From assembly GCF_035084215.1 (NCBI RefSeq), contig NC_090331.1, positions 17,670,001 through 17,734,000 of the forward strand: DNA of 64,000 bases, given 5' to 3'. Position 1 is the stretch's first letter. Every line of letters starts with the position of its first letter. Shown piece after piece: positions 1 through 14,300 of the stretch. The position numbers and the translations under genes are program-made. Below the pieces are notes generated by a model. The model was not told the origin of the DNA. It did no database searches and saw nothing but the letters and a program-made list of their open reading frames with translations. The DNA comes from Heptranchias perlo. Taxonomy: Eukaryota.

Positions 1-1197
1 AGTTTGGTATCAGCAGCAAGTAGTACTTGTAGTGGTCTCCACATTCTTTCAAAATAATATAAAGAGCTAAGCACCCAGATCTGACACCAGCCACTCTTGA
101 CACCAAACAGATGCTGAGAATTTCCTTAAGGTTTCTGATTGGCCTTGTTGGAAGATCGGTGGAAATTCGGTTTATCCTGGGTTTCTGCCAAAGTTACGGA
201 GGACAATTGGGAAAAGTTACGAGGAACTTCCTGGCGAGAATCTTTGATTTCATGATGGTTAATGAAAATGTTTTGTGTGACAGAGATCTGTTGTGACGTA
301 AAGGGGTCGGTTCTAACTCCTGGGCAGAAATGTGGTCTAGCAAGCAACTAGCCCATCTGGGAGGGGTAGCAGTGAGGCTCGGCCGATGTTAAAGGTCGGG
401 CCTCGTTTGCATGCTGCTTGTTGACTTCCTGACCGAAATGACCGTGAAGTTGGCAGGAAGTGGCTGCCCAACTGTTCAAATCTGAGGGCCAACGATCCCT
501 GGTGCAAGGTGTGTGCATCAGAGGACTCGGAGGGGAATCGCGGTCACGGATGGGATGAAAGCCCGGGGCAGAGGAGGCACAAGGTTTCCTTGAGGGGCCC
601 ACAGGAGGACTCTTGTTCCTCCTGGCGAAAACTGTGGAAAAATTTACATTTTACATTTAATTGGGCCTCTTCCGGCCCTGGATCCAGATCCCAACAGCTT
701 TGGCCTGGTGGGGAAGCCACCACTACTCGCCCGCTCAGGCCTCAGGTAAATATAGCAGTCGGGCTCCAATGACATCATCGGGGCTCGATCTGCATATTTA
801 AAGAACACCGTCAGCTTTGGGCAGGTGTCCCTGCCGTCTGCAATTTAAAATTTCAGTCGACAAGATCGGGATGGGAACGCAGTGGGTCAACCGTCCGCCA
901 GTCAGGAAGGGGGGGGTTAATATTCACCCCGAAGTGTCACAAGGCACTGCATTTGCTGTGCTAACCCGATTGAGTTTGTTTGTCAGGTAAGGATTAATCC
1001 ACAGTAGAAAGGACAATTTGCCCTTTAAAATACAAAACCTCTGTTGGCCAGGGTTGTGCACTGAAGAGGATATAATACATTTATTCTATAAAGGAATTAT
1101 AGAATCTTATCATGATTATATCATTGACATACATGTGTTTAATTTTAGATAAAATTTGAATCCTTAATCCTATCTTACAGCTCAGGCACCTCATTAT

Positions 1198-2968
1198 AGG
1201 GAGGAGGAGGCTCTGTAAACATCCCCATCCTCAATGATGGCGGGGTCCAGCACGTGAGTGCAAAAGACAAGGCTGAAGTGTTTGAAACCATCTTCAGCCA
1301 GAAGTGCCAAGTGGATGATCCATCTCGGCCTCCTCCCGATATCCCCACCATCACAGAAGCCAGTCTTCAGCCAAATTCGATTCACTCCACGTGATATCAA
1401 GAAACAGCTGAGCGCACAGGATACATCAATGGCTATGGGCCCTGACAGCATCCCGGCTGTAGTGCTGAAGACTTGTGCTCCAGAATTAGCCGCGCCTCAA
1501 GCCAAACTGTTCCAGTACAGCTACAACACTGGCATCTACCTGACAATGTGGGAAATTGCCTAGGTATGTCCTGTCCACAAAAAGCAGGACAAATCCAATC
1601 CGGCCAATTACCGTCCCATCAGCCTACTCTCAATCATCAGCAAAGTGATGGAAGGTGTCATCGACAGTGCTATCAAGCAGCACTAAGTCACCAATAACCT
1701 GCTCACCGATGCTCAGTTTGGGTTCCGACAGGACCGCTAGGCTCCAGACCTTATTACAGCCTTGGTCCAAACATGGACAAAAGAGCTGAATTCCAGAGGT
1801 GAGGTGAGAGTGACTGCCTTGACATCAAGGCAGCATTTGATTGAGTGTGGCACCAAGGGAGCCCTAGTAAAATTGAAGTCAATGGGAATCAGGGAGAAAA
1901 CTCTCCAGTGGCTGGAGTCATACCTAGCACAAAGGAAGATGTTAGTGGTTGTTGGTGGCCAATCATCTCAGCCCCAGGGCATTGTTGCAGGAGTTCCTCA
2001 GGGCAGTGTCCTAGGCCCAACCATCTTCAGCTGCTTCATCAATGATCTTCCCTCCATCATAAGGTCAGAAATGGGGATGTTCACTGATGATTGCACAGTG
2101 TTCAATTCGCAACCCCTCAGATAATGAAGCAGTCCGTGCCCGCATGCAGCAAGACCTGGACAACATCCAGGCTTGGGCTGATAAGTGGCAAGTAACATGT
2201 GCGCCAGACAAGTGCCAGGCAATGACCATCTCCAACAAGAGAGAGTCTAACCACCTCCCCTTGACATTCAACGGCATTACCATCGCCGAATCCCCCACCA
2301 TCAACATCCTGGGGGTCACCATTGACCAGAAACTTAACTGGACCAGCCATATAAATACTGTGGCTACAAGAGCAGGTCAGAGGCTGGGTATTCTGCGGCG
2401 AGTGACTCACCTGACTCCCCAAAGCCTTTCCACCATCTACAAGGCACAAGTCAGGAGTGTAATGGAATACTCTCCACTCGCCTGGATGAGTGCAGCTCCA
2501 ACAACACCCAAGAAGCTCGACACCGTCCAGAACAAAGCAGCCCGCTTGATTGGCACCCCATCCACTACCATCAACATTCACTCCCTTCACCACCGGCGCA
2601 CTGTGGCTGCAGTGTGTACCATCCACAGAATGCACTGCAGCAACTCGCCAAGGCTTCTTCGACAGCACCTCGCAAACCCGTGACCTCTACCACCTAAAAG
2701 GACAAGGGCAGCAGGCACATGGGAACAACACCACCTGCACAATCCCCTCCAAGTCACACACCATCCCGACTTGGAAATGTATCGCCATCATCGCTGGGTC
2801 AAAATCCTGGAACTCCCTTCCTAACAGCACTGTGGGAGAACCTTCACCACACTGACTGCAGCGGTTCAAGAAGGCGGCTCACCACCACCTTCTCAAGGGC
2901 AATTAAGGATGGGCAATAAATGCCGGCCTCGCCAGCGACGCCCACAGCCCAGGAACTAATTTTAAAAA
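1198..2968 (+). mobile_element. 5'-truncated non-LTR retrotransposon of the CR1/Jockey group (distinct from the HER1-like CR1s), with disrupted ORF2 reverse transcriptase
   Basis: RT motifs are split across frames: [51 protein letters not shown]. Stops and frameshifts are present. The 3' tail reads ggcaattaaggatgggcaataaatgccggcctcgccagcgacgcccac. Confidence 0.9.
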
Positions 2969-2972
2969 TCTA

Positions 2973-4884
2973 TGTAGAGTTAAGAGAGAAATCAGGAGGG
3001 CAAAAAGGGGACATGAGATTGCTTTGGCAGATAAGGCAAAGGAGAATCCAAAGAGCTTCTACAAATACATAAAGGGCAAAAGAGTAACTAGGGAGAGAGT
3101 AGGGCCTCTTAAGGATCAACAAGGTCATCTATGTGCGGAACCACAAGAGATGGGTAAGATCCTGAATGAATATTTCACATCGGTATTTACGGTTGAGAAA
3201 GGCATGGATGTTAGGGAACTTGGGGAAATAAATAGTGATGTCTTGAGGAATGTACGTATTACAGAGAGGGAGGTGCTGGAAGTCTTAACGTGCATCATGG
3301 TAGATAAATCTCCGGGACCTGATGAAATGTATCCCAGGACGTTATGGGAGGTTAGGGAGGAAATTGCGGGTCCCCTAGCAAAGATATTTGAATCATTGAC
3401 AGCTGCAGGTGAGGTGCCTGAAGATTGGAGGGTAGCAAATGTTGTGCCTTTGTTTAAGAAGGGTGGCAGGGAAAAGCCTGGGAACTACAGACCGGTGAGC
3501 CTGACATCTGTAGTGGGTAAGTTGTTAGAGGGTATTCTGAGAGACAGGATCTACAGGCATTTGGAGAGGCAGGGACTGATTAGGAACAGTCAGCATGGTT
3601 TTGTGAGAGGAAAATCATGTCTCACGAATTTGATTGAGTTTTTTGAAGGGGTAACCAAGAAGATAGATGAGGGCTGTGCCGTAGACGTGGTCTACATGGA
3701 CTTTAGCAAAGCCTTTGACACGGTACTGCATGGTAGGTTGTTACATAAGGTTAAATCACACGGGATCCAAGGTGAGGTAGCCAATTGGATACAAAATTGG
3801 ATTGACGACAGAAGACAGAGGGTGGTTGTAGAGGGTTGTTTTTCAAATTGGAGGCCTGTGACCAGCGGTGTGCCTCAGGGATCGGTGCTGGGTCCGCTGT
3901 TATTTGTTATTTATATTAATGATTTGGATGAGAATTTAGGAGGCATGGTTAGTAAGTTTGCAGATGACACCAAGATTGGTGGCATTGTGGACAGTGAAGA
4001 AGGTTATCTAGGATTGCAACGGGATCTTGATAAATTGGGCCAGTGGGCCGATGAATGGCAGATGGAGTTTAATTTAGATAAATGTGAGGTGATGCATTTT
4101 GGTAGATCGAATCGGGCCAGGACCTACTGCGTTAATGGTAGGGCGTTGGGGAGAGTTATAGAACAAAGAGATCTAGGAGTACAGGTTCATAGCTCCTTGA
4201 AAGTGGAGTCACAGGTGGATAGGGTGGTGAAGAAGGCATTCAGCATGCTTGGTTTCATTGGTCAGAACATTGAACACAGGAGTTGGGACGTCTTGTTGAA
4301 GTTGTACAAGACATTAGTAAGGCCACACTTGGAATACTGTGTACAGTTCTGGTCACCCTATTATAGAAAGGATATTATTAAACTAGAAAGAGTGCAGAAA
4401 AGATTTACTAGGATGCTACCGGGACTTGATGGTTTGACTTATAGGGAGAGGTTAGATAGACTGGGACTTTTTTCCCTGGAGAGTAGGAGGTTAAGGGGTG
4501 ATCTTATAGAAGTCTATAAAATAATGAGGGGCATATATAAGGTAGATAGTCAAAATCTTTTCCCAAAGGTAGGGGAGTCTATAACGAGGGGGCATAGATT
4601 TAAGGTGAGAGGGGAGAGATACAAAAGGGTCCAGAGGGGCAATTTTTTCACTCAAAGGGTGGTGAGTGTCTGGAATGAGCTGCCAGAGGCAGTAGTAGAG
4701 GCGGGTACAATTTTGTCTTTTAAAAAGCATTTGGACAGTTACATGGGTAAGATGGGTATAGAGGGATATGGGCCAAGTGCAGGCAATTGGGACTAGCTTA
4801 GTGGTATAAACTGGGCGACATGGACATGTTGGGCCGAAGGGCCTGTTTCCATGTTGTAAACTTCTATGATTCTATGATTCTATG
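2973..4884 (+). mobile_element. Young 5'-truncated CR1 LINE (HER1-like), RT half of ORF2 still open (3024-4796)
   Basis: 590-aa uninterrupted frame with [40 protein letters not shown] and RPHLEYCVQFWSP. It ends in the stem-loop gggccgaagggcc and an (ATTCTATG)n tail. No endonuclease domain is present, so the copy is non-autonomous. Confidence 0.97.
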
Positions 4885-6036
4885 CTATGGTATAATATTC
4901 TCTGTATTGTCCATTAGTATTTATTCTGTGAGTTGTCCATAACAACCTATCTTGCTTTTTTTCCTTTTATCAATGCCAGTCCGGCCAGTGCTCTTGAACT
5001 TTCCCGTCTTGTTCCTTCAAGACTCGAAATACATTGTCCTGGATACTCACCCTCTCTGTATGCACATTGTGTTAAAATCGAGACTGGTCACAGACTCTCC
5101 TATTCTAATTCATCCTTTCTCTAGGGAAATCTGGAATTCTCACCTCCCTCAGTCTTCCTACAATCTTCAGGCTTTTAAAACCCAGGAAAATTTCCCCTTT
5201 AATGTTTTAAAAGAAAACAGTTACTGTTACTATAGCTATCCACACCTGTTGTATAGTGATGACTGATTGCCACTGAGATGAAACAAAATATTCTAAACGG
5301 TGTAAGTACCTATCAAGAAGTATACTTTAATTTCAGTAATGATTTTTGCACTTATTGAACAGATGGAGAATCTCTACTCACCCAGTGTTGCAGAGAGTAT
5401 AATAAGTGACTGAAAATGAAAACGACTACTTTGAATAAATTGTACCCATGTGGGAAGAAGCAAATTGTTACAAATTGTCTTTGTCATCTTGATAATGTAG
5501 GTTTCATGTGACAGTTGTCCTAAGGCAGTTCTCTTGTAATTCTACATAGAAGTCACTCACACAGCTCAAACTAAGCATTCTGATAACTGAATGGTTTCAC
5601 ATTAAGCCTATCAGTAACAAAAAAGTGAAATAAGATGCACTGATATAAAAATAACCCTTTTATATACATCTTCCAGATACAGTAACCTTCCACTTGGCTA
5701 TTAAGTGAAAATTCCCATTATAGTAAGGCAGCATTTTTATTTAGGTTTGGATTCTCACCCAGATCAGTCACATAAGAGAAGTCAAGTAACTATGAGCACT
5801 AAAAACTTTCTCCAACAAGATAGGTTTTGTAGATTAGTTGAGAATACGACATGCAAAGGCCATTGTCATGCTAAACCTTCTTGGACGGTGCTTAATTGTG
5901 TACTAATTGTTTCCTCGAACCTGTGGAGTCTTACAATTTATTGAACCAATTATTTTTTTGATTTCCCTGAAACATCCCAAGAATTCTTTAGTACATTATG
6001 TAAAATAAAGAGCACACTGTTCTTAAAAAATGTACT

Positions 6037-6472
6037 CTCTGGATGTGGGCATCACTGGTAAGGCTGACATTTATTGCCCATCCCTAGTTGTCCTGAGAAG
6101 GTGGTGATGTGCCGCCTTCTTGAACTACTGTATTGTAGCGGTTTGATACAACTTGAGCAGCTTGCTAAGCCACTTCAGAGGGTAGTTAAGAGTCAACCAC
6201 GTTGGTGTGGGACTGGAGTCACATATAGGCCAGACCAAGTAGACAGCAGGTTTCCTTCACTAAAGGTCATAGTGAACCAGTTGCGTTTTTATGACAATCC
6301 AACAGCTTCATGGTAACTTTTACTGATACCAGCTTTTTAATTTCCATATTTTTAAAACTAAATTCAAATTCTCAAACTGCCATGGTGGGATTTAAAGTTA
6401 CGTTCTGCTGGTTTATTAGTATAGGCCTCTGGATTACTAGTCCAGTAGCATGACCACTACAGTACTGTACCC
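6037..6472 (-). mobile_element. tRNA-headed SINE (family B here) whose 3' tail matches the LINE at 1198-2968
   Basis: The minus strand starts with a tRNA-like head (tgtagtggtc...aaatcccacc) and ends in ...caccaccttctcaggacaactagggatgggcaataaatg..., matching 2870-2950. Paralogues lie at 16285 and 48772. Confidence 0.75.
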
Positions 6473-6479
6473 AACAGGT

Positions 6480-9400
6480 AGGAGATGGAGAATTTACAAA
6501 CTTTTTGCACAGAATAAACACAGGAGCTGAACGTGAGGACTGGAGGACAGCAAGAGCTATTCCGATATCCAAAAAAAGAGATGCGGACCTGGGAATTATC
6601 TACCAATTAGCTTGACATCCACATTGGAGAAAGTGCTGGAGAGAGTTTTTCAGGATTCTATGAATGTCTAACCAAAGAATGCGGAAGGCATACAGAGTAA
6701 TAAGCAAGGATTTAGAAGCAATAGGCCATACCTCACTATGCTGAAATTCTTTGGTGAGGTAACTAGACTGATGGATATAATATACTTGGATTTTTAGAAA
6801 GCACTTAATAAAATTCCAGATGTCAGACCTTTAAAGGAGGTTATGGCTCATAGAATTAATGCCAAATTACTACCCCAGCAGTATGAAGCAGATAAATGAA
6901 AGTAATAAACGGAAAAAGCTGTCTGGGGACAGTGGTGGAGTTTTGCTCCTCTGCCACTCATATTGTTCATAAACGACTTGGAGGAGAGTATTTTCTTATA
7001 ATATTATAACATTTGATGATGATACCAAGTTATGAACTAGGTGACAAATATAAGGGAGAGAATTAGCATTTAAAGAGATCTGGGCAATCTATCTTCAAAA
7101 ACAGGTTGATGCCTTGGAGAGATTTGAGAGTAGAATGAAGGAGATGATTTGGAGATTCAGTGCACTAAGTTATGGGGAGGTAATTGCAGAGCTGAACTGG
7201 TTTTTATTGGAGAAATTAAAGTCAGGGGAGGGGACTGGACCCAGGTCTTTACAATGCTGAGGGCGTAAATGTATGCAGGTTATTTTCGGACTGTGAGCAC
7301 AACCACATTAGAAGTAGAATGAAAGTAAAAAAGCAGGTAGTCTTTTAAAGGATAAACTGGATAAATCTATTACAGATGAGCAGGATATGGGCAGAGACAT
7401 AAATAAATTTTACACATCAGTTTTCATAAAGGACTGCAGACAAATTACAGTCATGATAAATAGGACTAGGTGACTAGTTAGTGAAGAATGTGTTATGTAG
7501 AAACTGTAACAATTAAATATCCATAAAACTCCTGGGCCAAACGAGATACATCCTTGAAACTTCAAGGAATTAAAAGGAGGAAATTAGTAACACTTTGACT
7601 AATATTCTTCAGACCAAAATATATAAATACTGGAAAACTGGACGATGGCAAATATAGTTTCAATATTGAAAAAAATAGTAAAGCACAAACCTGGTAATTA
7701 CAGGGTAGTTATACAACTGGCCTGTAATTACCAGGTCTGTGCTGTACTCTTTATTTTGAATATTTAAATTATATTCACTTGAAAAACTGAGTCTGTTTTC
7801 ATTAGAACAGAGGAGATTGTGGGATAATTTGATAGAGGTGATTAAAATTATGAAGGGATGGGATAAAGTACTTAGAAACAGACTGTTTCCAGTCATTGAG
7901 TGATTTAATACGAGGGGATATAGATATAAGATTAAATGTAAAAGATTTAGGACAGAGAGCAGGAGAAACATTTTTTACACAGAGGGTTTTGAGGCATTGG
8001 AATGCACTATCAGAATTAGTGATTGAAGCAGAGACCATGTCAACATTTAAGAATAGGTTAAATAGGGTGTTGAATGAAAGGGGGATAAAGAGAGATGGGA
8101 ACAGAGTGGGCTTATGGGATTAGGGCTACTGCCTGTCTGGAGGGTAAACACTAACACGGACTGGTTGGGCTGAACGGCTTGTTTCTGTGTTGTAATTCTA
8201 CGTAATCCATAGTGGGGAAAACATGAGGTATCCTACATGATACTATAAATGAACATTTAAAAAACACATCATACAGAGCAGTCAACATAGCTTTAAAAGT
8301 AAGAGGTTATGCCTTAATTCTTTGAATGGTAACTAAACTAGTGGCTGACAGTAATCCAGTACATATTGTTCACTTGGCATTTCAAAAGATGTGATAAACT
8401 TCCTCGTACGGGGCTGGTAAAGAGGCTTAAGACTTATGAAATAATTGATAAGCTATTTAGATGGATTGAGGACTAGCACAACAACAAAAGGCAGGACGGT
8501 GACAAGGGGATAATGCTCTACCTAAGGAAAAGTAACGTGGAGTTCCACAGTAATCTATTCTAGGACCCCTGGCTATTTAAAATATTTGTGAATTAAATGG
8601 ACCAGGGCATCTGTGCTATTACAGTTACTGATGACACATGTGGGCAAATGGAGCAAAGACTAACTATCTTCAGAGAGACTCGGTCCAATTACTTAGATGG
8701 GAGTGAGATATGGCAGATAGAATTTAATATGGATAAATGTAGGATAACGCATTCAGGATCAAGTGGCAGCAAACGTGTACAACTTGAAAGGGTCTCCATT
8801 GGCAGGATAGAGGTCTTTGAAATAGAAGAAAAAGAATTTGGGAGTGATCGTACTCTGAAAGCATCTGGTTGGTGTCAGGCAGTCATTAAAAAGATAATTG
8901 GGTGTACTGGGGTGCATCTGGAGGTCAGAAAAATTTATACTGACATTGCACAGAACAATTGCAAGACCGATTCTAGAGTATAGGTGCAGTTTTTTGTCAC
9001 CCGATTTCAGAATATATGGAGATACAGTAAAAATGATTTGCAGAAAACCTACAGGTCTTAGGGGACCACAGCCTCGTGGCAAAACTTATTTTCACTGGAG
9101 ATAAAACTTGAGGGGATTATGATACATTTCATCAAAATTATGAAAAGTAATGATACAAATGAAATGAACAAATTATTTAGATTGGATAATGAATATACGA
9201 CTAAAAGAGAAAAATGAAAAATTCACAAGCTTGAAACAAGGTTAGAGATTAGAAAAAAATATTTAATTTTACTGTACAAGATTGTCAATATGTGAAACAA
9301 ACACCCACAGAAGGTAGACTTGGTACTTGATATGTGGTGAAATTGACACCTTTAAAAAAAGGAGATTGATTGATATGTGTTGAATAGCAGGATTGAGGGT

Positions 9401-9606
9401 TATAGAGATATTAACAGCACTTTTTGATTTATTTTATGTTCGGGGAGGTCAGAGAAGGTAACTAAAGTACCCTAAAGCAGGGGATCAACAGATAATGAAT
9501 GTGTGGAAAGGAAGTCCATGATAGAATAATCAAACATGGATTCTGGATGGAGCAGGACCGAGGGGCCGATTAGCGTTTTCTTGCTTTAAATTTTCTTATG
9601 TTCTTA
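6480..9606 (+). mobile_element. Cluster of old, degenerate CR1 fragments (about 6480-7330, 7380-7710, 7780-8210, 8220-9606)
   Basis: Decayed RT motifs (FFTQRVLRHWNAL, WQIEFNMDKC, ARPILEY) and CR1-type tails near 8200 and 9600 (ttcttatgttctt). Confidence 0.75.
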
Positions 9607-11149
9607 ATCAACATGCCTCATGCAAGCATAGAACTTAATACTTACCAGAGAACAAGTATAGGCAGGAAAATGGGAAACTCTGCTAATCTTGAAGCTTTGC
9701 ACTGACATTTTAATAAAATAAACACCAAGGTTTTCCAAGTTTCTCTGTGCAAATGCACAGCAGATGACATATTATTTGGGAATTTTTGAGATTCTTAGAG
9801 CCATTTTAAAATAAGTAATCAAAAAGCTTTTCCAGTACTTCTTCCATCCAGCAGCCATTGATAATGCTAACATGGCAGATTCCGTCATTATATCTCCATT
9901 ATTTTAGATGAGTAGACTGTCAAAGCAAGACATAGAAATAAAAGCCAAAGACAGAAAAACACAAATAGACAGAGAAAGAAAATCAGCTAAGGGAAACAAA
10001 AAGAGATAATAAGAAAGGAAACAAAGAAAGACATAAAATCAGAGAAAGAGACTGGCAAGTGGTATAACCTTGTGTTCCATATATCCTTAGTGTCTTTGGT
10101 TTAACTGTGCCCATACTTTTCTCTCACGTTATCCCTTGTGTGTGTATACAAGAAAATCACCAAAGGAAATCTAAGAAAAGTACTGGGAAGAAAGTACACA
10201 ATAAACAGGAAACGTCTGATCATGATCTGCAAGTACTGTCACAAACTTGCCTCAGCAATAGCATCACCCTAACTCTCCAGTAAGAAAAATAACACTAATA
10301 AATGACTATATAACATACATAAGATATATCAAACAAAATAACATATACTGGGCTCTGAATTAAAGACAATACTTTAGTTTTAGGGTTCAAGTGATATTTA
10401 GAAAATGCCCAAGCATTTGGATTCTCATCTGAACCACCAAATGGAATTATTAACTTGTAGCTGCTCCTCACTAACTATTAATCTATGGTACGAGTGGTAG
10501 AATTAAGTTCTGGACTTATACAAAACAATGGATTTAACCATCACAAATTTATGGAGATTTGAGACAACCAGAGTACAATAGTTTTAGAAATCGATTGTAG
10601 ACTCTAGGGGTTTGAGGAGAGAGACTATTGAGACTGTGTAATTGAGTAATTAAGGAAGGCTACCAGGAGATGATAAGCAGTAACCATGGTAATGTCAATT
10701 ATCATGATATAGAAACACAGGAACTGGAGTAGAGATGTATAATAAATTCATTGACATATTGATTGCTTTTCATGAGGTCCTTTTCTAGATCCATTACTCA
10801 ACTGGTAACCAGAAATTGGTTGCGATCTGAAAATGGTGATCATTTATTATCTTAACTTTATTAAAGTCTAGATTTTGCTTGGAGTAAAAACAAAAAATAA
10901 TGAAGTTGAAGTGAAGGGAGTGGAGGAGGAGAGATTATGGACTTAAATTAAAAGGAAAATTTGCTAAGAAGTTTTTTTTAAAATGTGAAGACAAAAAGTT
11001 TTGAGTTCTGAATTCTGTGGTGGTGATAGAAAAAATGTTTTCACCTATCTCAGATCCCGCAGAGGTTTGTAGGGGGAAGGCATTAGAAAGGAAACAATAG
11101 GTCCTGATGAGTGTGGAGCAATAACTTTAATTTTTACAGTAGTCTTCCT

Positions 11150-11330
11150 GCAGAGAAAACATTTCAAGGCAAAAAGAATGGACACCAAGGAGGAAAAAGA
11201 ATTTGGCGGGGTTAGTGGGGGGGGGGGGGGGGCGTTGAAGGCACTGTGAAAGAGAAGGGGTTTTAGGAGACTTCTGAAAGTAGGAAGCAAGGCAACGATT
11301 CAAAGTTAATTTTGGAGAGAATTCCAGAAG
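11150..11330 (-). mobile_element. Degenerate L2-like 3' fragment
   Basis: The minus-strand frame LPTFRSLLKPLLF resembles the L2 ORF2 C-terminus. Confidence 0.4.
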
Positions 11331-14300
11331 GCAGTGTTACCCCTTGACTGAACAGCAACTGCACAGAGGTAAAAGATATGACCCACAAGATCCCCTATCT
11401 GATGTTACTGGCATCTATCTGATTCACTTTCACGTGGATTACCATGTTGTATGCTGGAACTGATGGATGCACCCTTCAATATATAAATACCCTGCAAAGT
11501 AAGGAGATTATTAAAATCTGACAGTGCGGGACACATAAGAGGGTAGTATCTTTCTGCTACCTTTTAATTAAAATAAATCAAAATAATTTAAATGGTGTAC
11601 AAAAAACCACACAAAATATGTTAATTACAGTAGCTGTCTTCTTTGCATGATAGGCTATAATAAGCCAGCAGCAGTTTTGTGATCTCTGACACGCATAGGA
11701 TCCCTATGTGATTTGATCTGATGCTGTTTTATCCTGTTACACTATACCCTGGAATGTGGGCCACTAATACTCTAAAAACCACTTTAGTCTAGTACAGGTC
11801 ACAACATTATCTAGCCCTCTCCTTCACAAGACTGAAAATATGTATCAATTCCTAGTGCACAAAAAAAATTACCAGCAAACATAAGAAGTGTCTTTTCTAT
11901 GCTACTGGGTAGTAATCAATGAGAACATGTATTTATTATGGATTGAGCATTCTGGTGGGCCAAAATCTTCAGGCACCATGGGGATTTAATGTATTGTCAT
12001 TATATTATATTTACATCTAAAACAAGATGATCTGGATTAAAAGGCAATGTGGACATTTGGAAACTTGAGTACCTTCAGTTTTATGGTCTCAAACTAATCA
12101 GAATAGTCATGCAGTACTTTTATTAACTATAACATCAGGTGAGCTGTACCTATGCATTTTAATAACACAACATGCAGTGGAGAGTCATAGGTACAGAATG
12201 CCTTTGTGATTTAGAAATAACTGAAAAGATGGGCAAATCCATCTTCACAACTTCCAGGACCCAAATATCTAAAGCAATGCCAGCCATTCCTTTATAAATT
12301 AAGAAGCATCCTCTTACCGATCCTTGATTGAGAGGAAGGAGTGACACATCAAATCGTACTCATCCTTATAAGTCAATCAGTGTAGTAATCTTTTTCCACA
12401 TGGTAGCCAGAGTAAGATCTGGATCAGACATGATGTCCATGGTCCTGAAAATTGGACTGTTGTTGTTAAGTATGAAAAGGAGGAATGTACTAATTAATCT
12501 GAAATTTCCCTTGGCATGGAATGAACCTCCACTTCTTAAACAGTTGACCAAAACCTACAGTAATTTAAAAGTTTTCCAGCTCTCCTTGATTGAAGGAAAG
12601 CGTTTCATCCAATTTTATATCAAACAGGTTTCATGCTTCAAGACAGCTACAGTTTGCTCAGATGTAATAGTTTACAATCGACATTGTTAGCTCAATATCT
12701 ATTTTATCACAGGCTAACACTGCTAGATCTCCAGAATGTTTCTACATTCATGCTGGATGTGATCTTGCAACTCTTGGGGAGGCTTGAAAGCTTTGCACCG
12801 TTTCCTAGATGTGATAGTTGTATTTGGCCAAATAAGCCTGATAGCTAACAATCCTCATCTGGAGCATTCCAGAGACATGTCTCAGTCTCCTGGCTTTTCA
12901 ATTGAGGTTAGGAATACAATAATTAAATAGGGTAATCCTTTTTAATTTAATGATCATTCTTAAGCGATGGGTCCAAGGACTTCCTGGAGCAACAATGTGA
13001 CTCATTTGGATCTATGTCCAGAGCTCTAGAAATAAAGATTAAGTGTGGTTTGTCCCTAAATGACAGCAAATTTCAACCATCCTGAGCTCTAGTGTATCCA
13101 GGTGGCACTTTTCTCATGCTAAGGATTGGGCCACTCATATAATGGATGAAAAGATCCTGATCCTGAACCAAGGAACTGTCTTGTCAGGCATATTTGCTGA
13201 CTTGGGCAAACTAGTCGACACCAAGAACTCAGCAAATATTTTGGCACATATTGTGTAGCAGTTCATGAAGCAACAGGACTCAGCAATGAGTGCTTATGTG
13301 CCAAAATCATGGTATTGTTCAGTGCAAATTACATCCGTGTTGAAGGCACTGTAGAGCTCAGTATAGGTCATAACAGTGCACGGGAACTCCTATGAGGTCA
13401 GAGACCCATCAACAGAATGAACCCTGGTGCTGAGTGTTTCAGTGTCCTCTGTGAATCAGAACTCACATGTCTAAACAAATTACTTACAGGATGTATGTCA
13501 GATTCTGTGAATAAGTCATCCTGGAAAAGGTGCTTGGTTTAGACAGAGTTGTTAAGTGATTTTTAAAAATTCTCTCCTGATTGCAGATGCCTTAAGTGCA
13601 GAACTACATCTTGGGGAATTTTTGATAAATTCTACATATTTAATTAACTCTTCTTTATAGCCAAGTTGGATTTCACTGTTGCAATGCTACAGTATGGGAG
13701 CATTTCCAGTGCCTGCAGAGCGAAGAGCCTTTGAAGGGGATCATTCACAGAGTTCTCTTGGCAGAGGTTGCACACTCGAGGTTGGCATTGCAAAAATTCT
13801 TATTCGATGTTGAGGCTTGGAATGAAAAGATTGGTAGATGCTGCAATAGACCGTCATATGACAGATTTCCAGGAAAATGATATGTCACTCATTGACACCC
13901 TGAAGAGGTTACTTTGTTCGGCACACCTCACAGTGCTGCATGTCTAACATCTGGTTACTTCTTTTTACACTGAGAATTAGTTTTGGTCAAATTATAGGAT
14001 ATCTATGGACTGAAATTGTGCTAGCATACAACGCTTAACATATTTGTATGAAATTATTTAATATATTTTGAAAGGGAGAGGGACCAACCCCTGTAAGTGT
14101 TTCATCTCTCTCCACCCTGTCTTCAGGCTAGGTGGCATGACAGATATGAAAGTGAGCCTACCGCAGCTGTCACTGTACTACCCACTTCCTGGGATACAGG
14201 GTTGAGTTGCAGAGGATAAGGAACATGTTGCTTCAGTCTGCCCATGGTTTAACAAGTGCTATTGGCAAGGTAGTAGGAAGGACTGGTTCTCCAATACCTC

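Noticed and set aside
320-931. GC-rich patches with GGG..GAA(A/T)ATT-like ends (also near 14700-14892, 20760-20902, 56173-56350, 58090-58490, 60470-60825, 63335-63600)
   Set aside because: They are probably decayed MITEs, but I could not pair both TIRs and a TSD, so they are not listed as features.
3024-4796. 590-aa ORF as a host gene or novel RT system
   Set aside because: It is an ordinary CR1 ORF2 fragment with a LINE tail and many paralogues in the window. The ORF start is TTG and the endonuclease is missing.
11900-13950. Possible very old minus-strand retroelement (NFRLIS, SVP-like words)
   Set aside because: The motifs are too decayed to assign by eye; a translated profile search would be needed.
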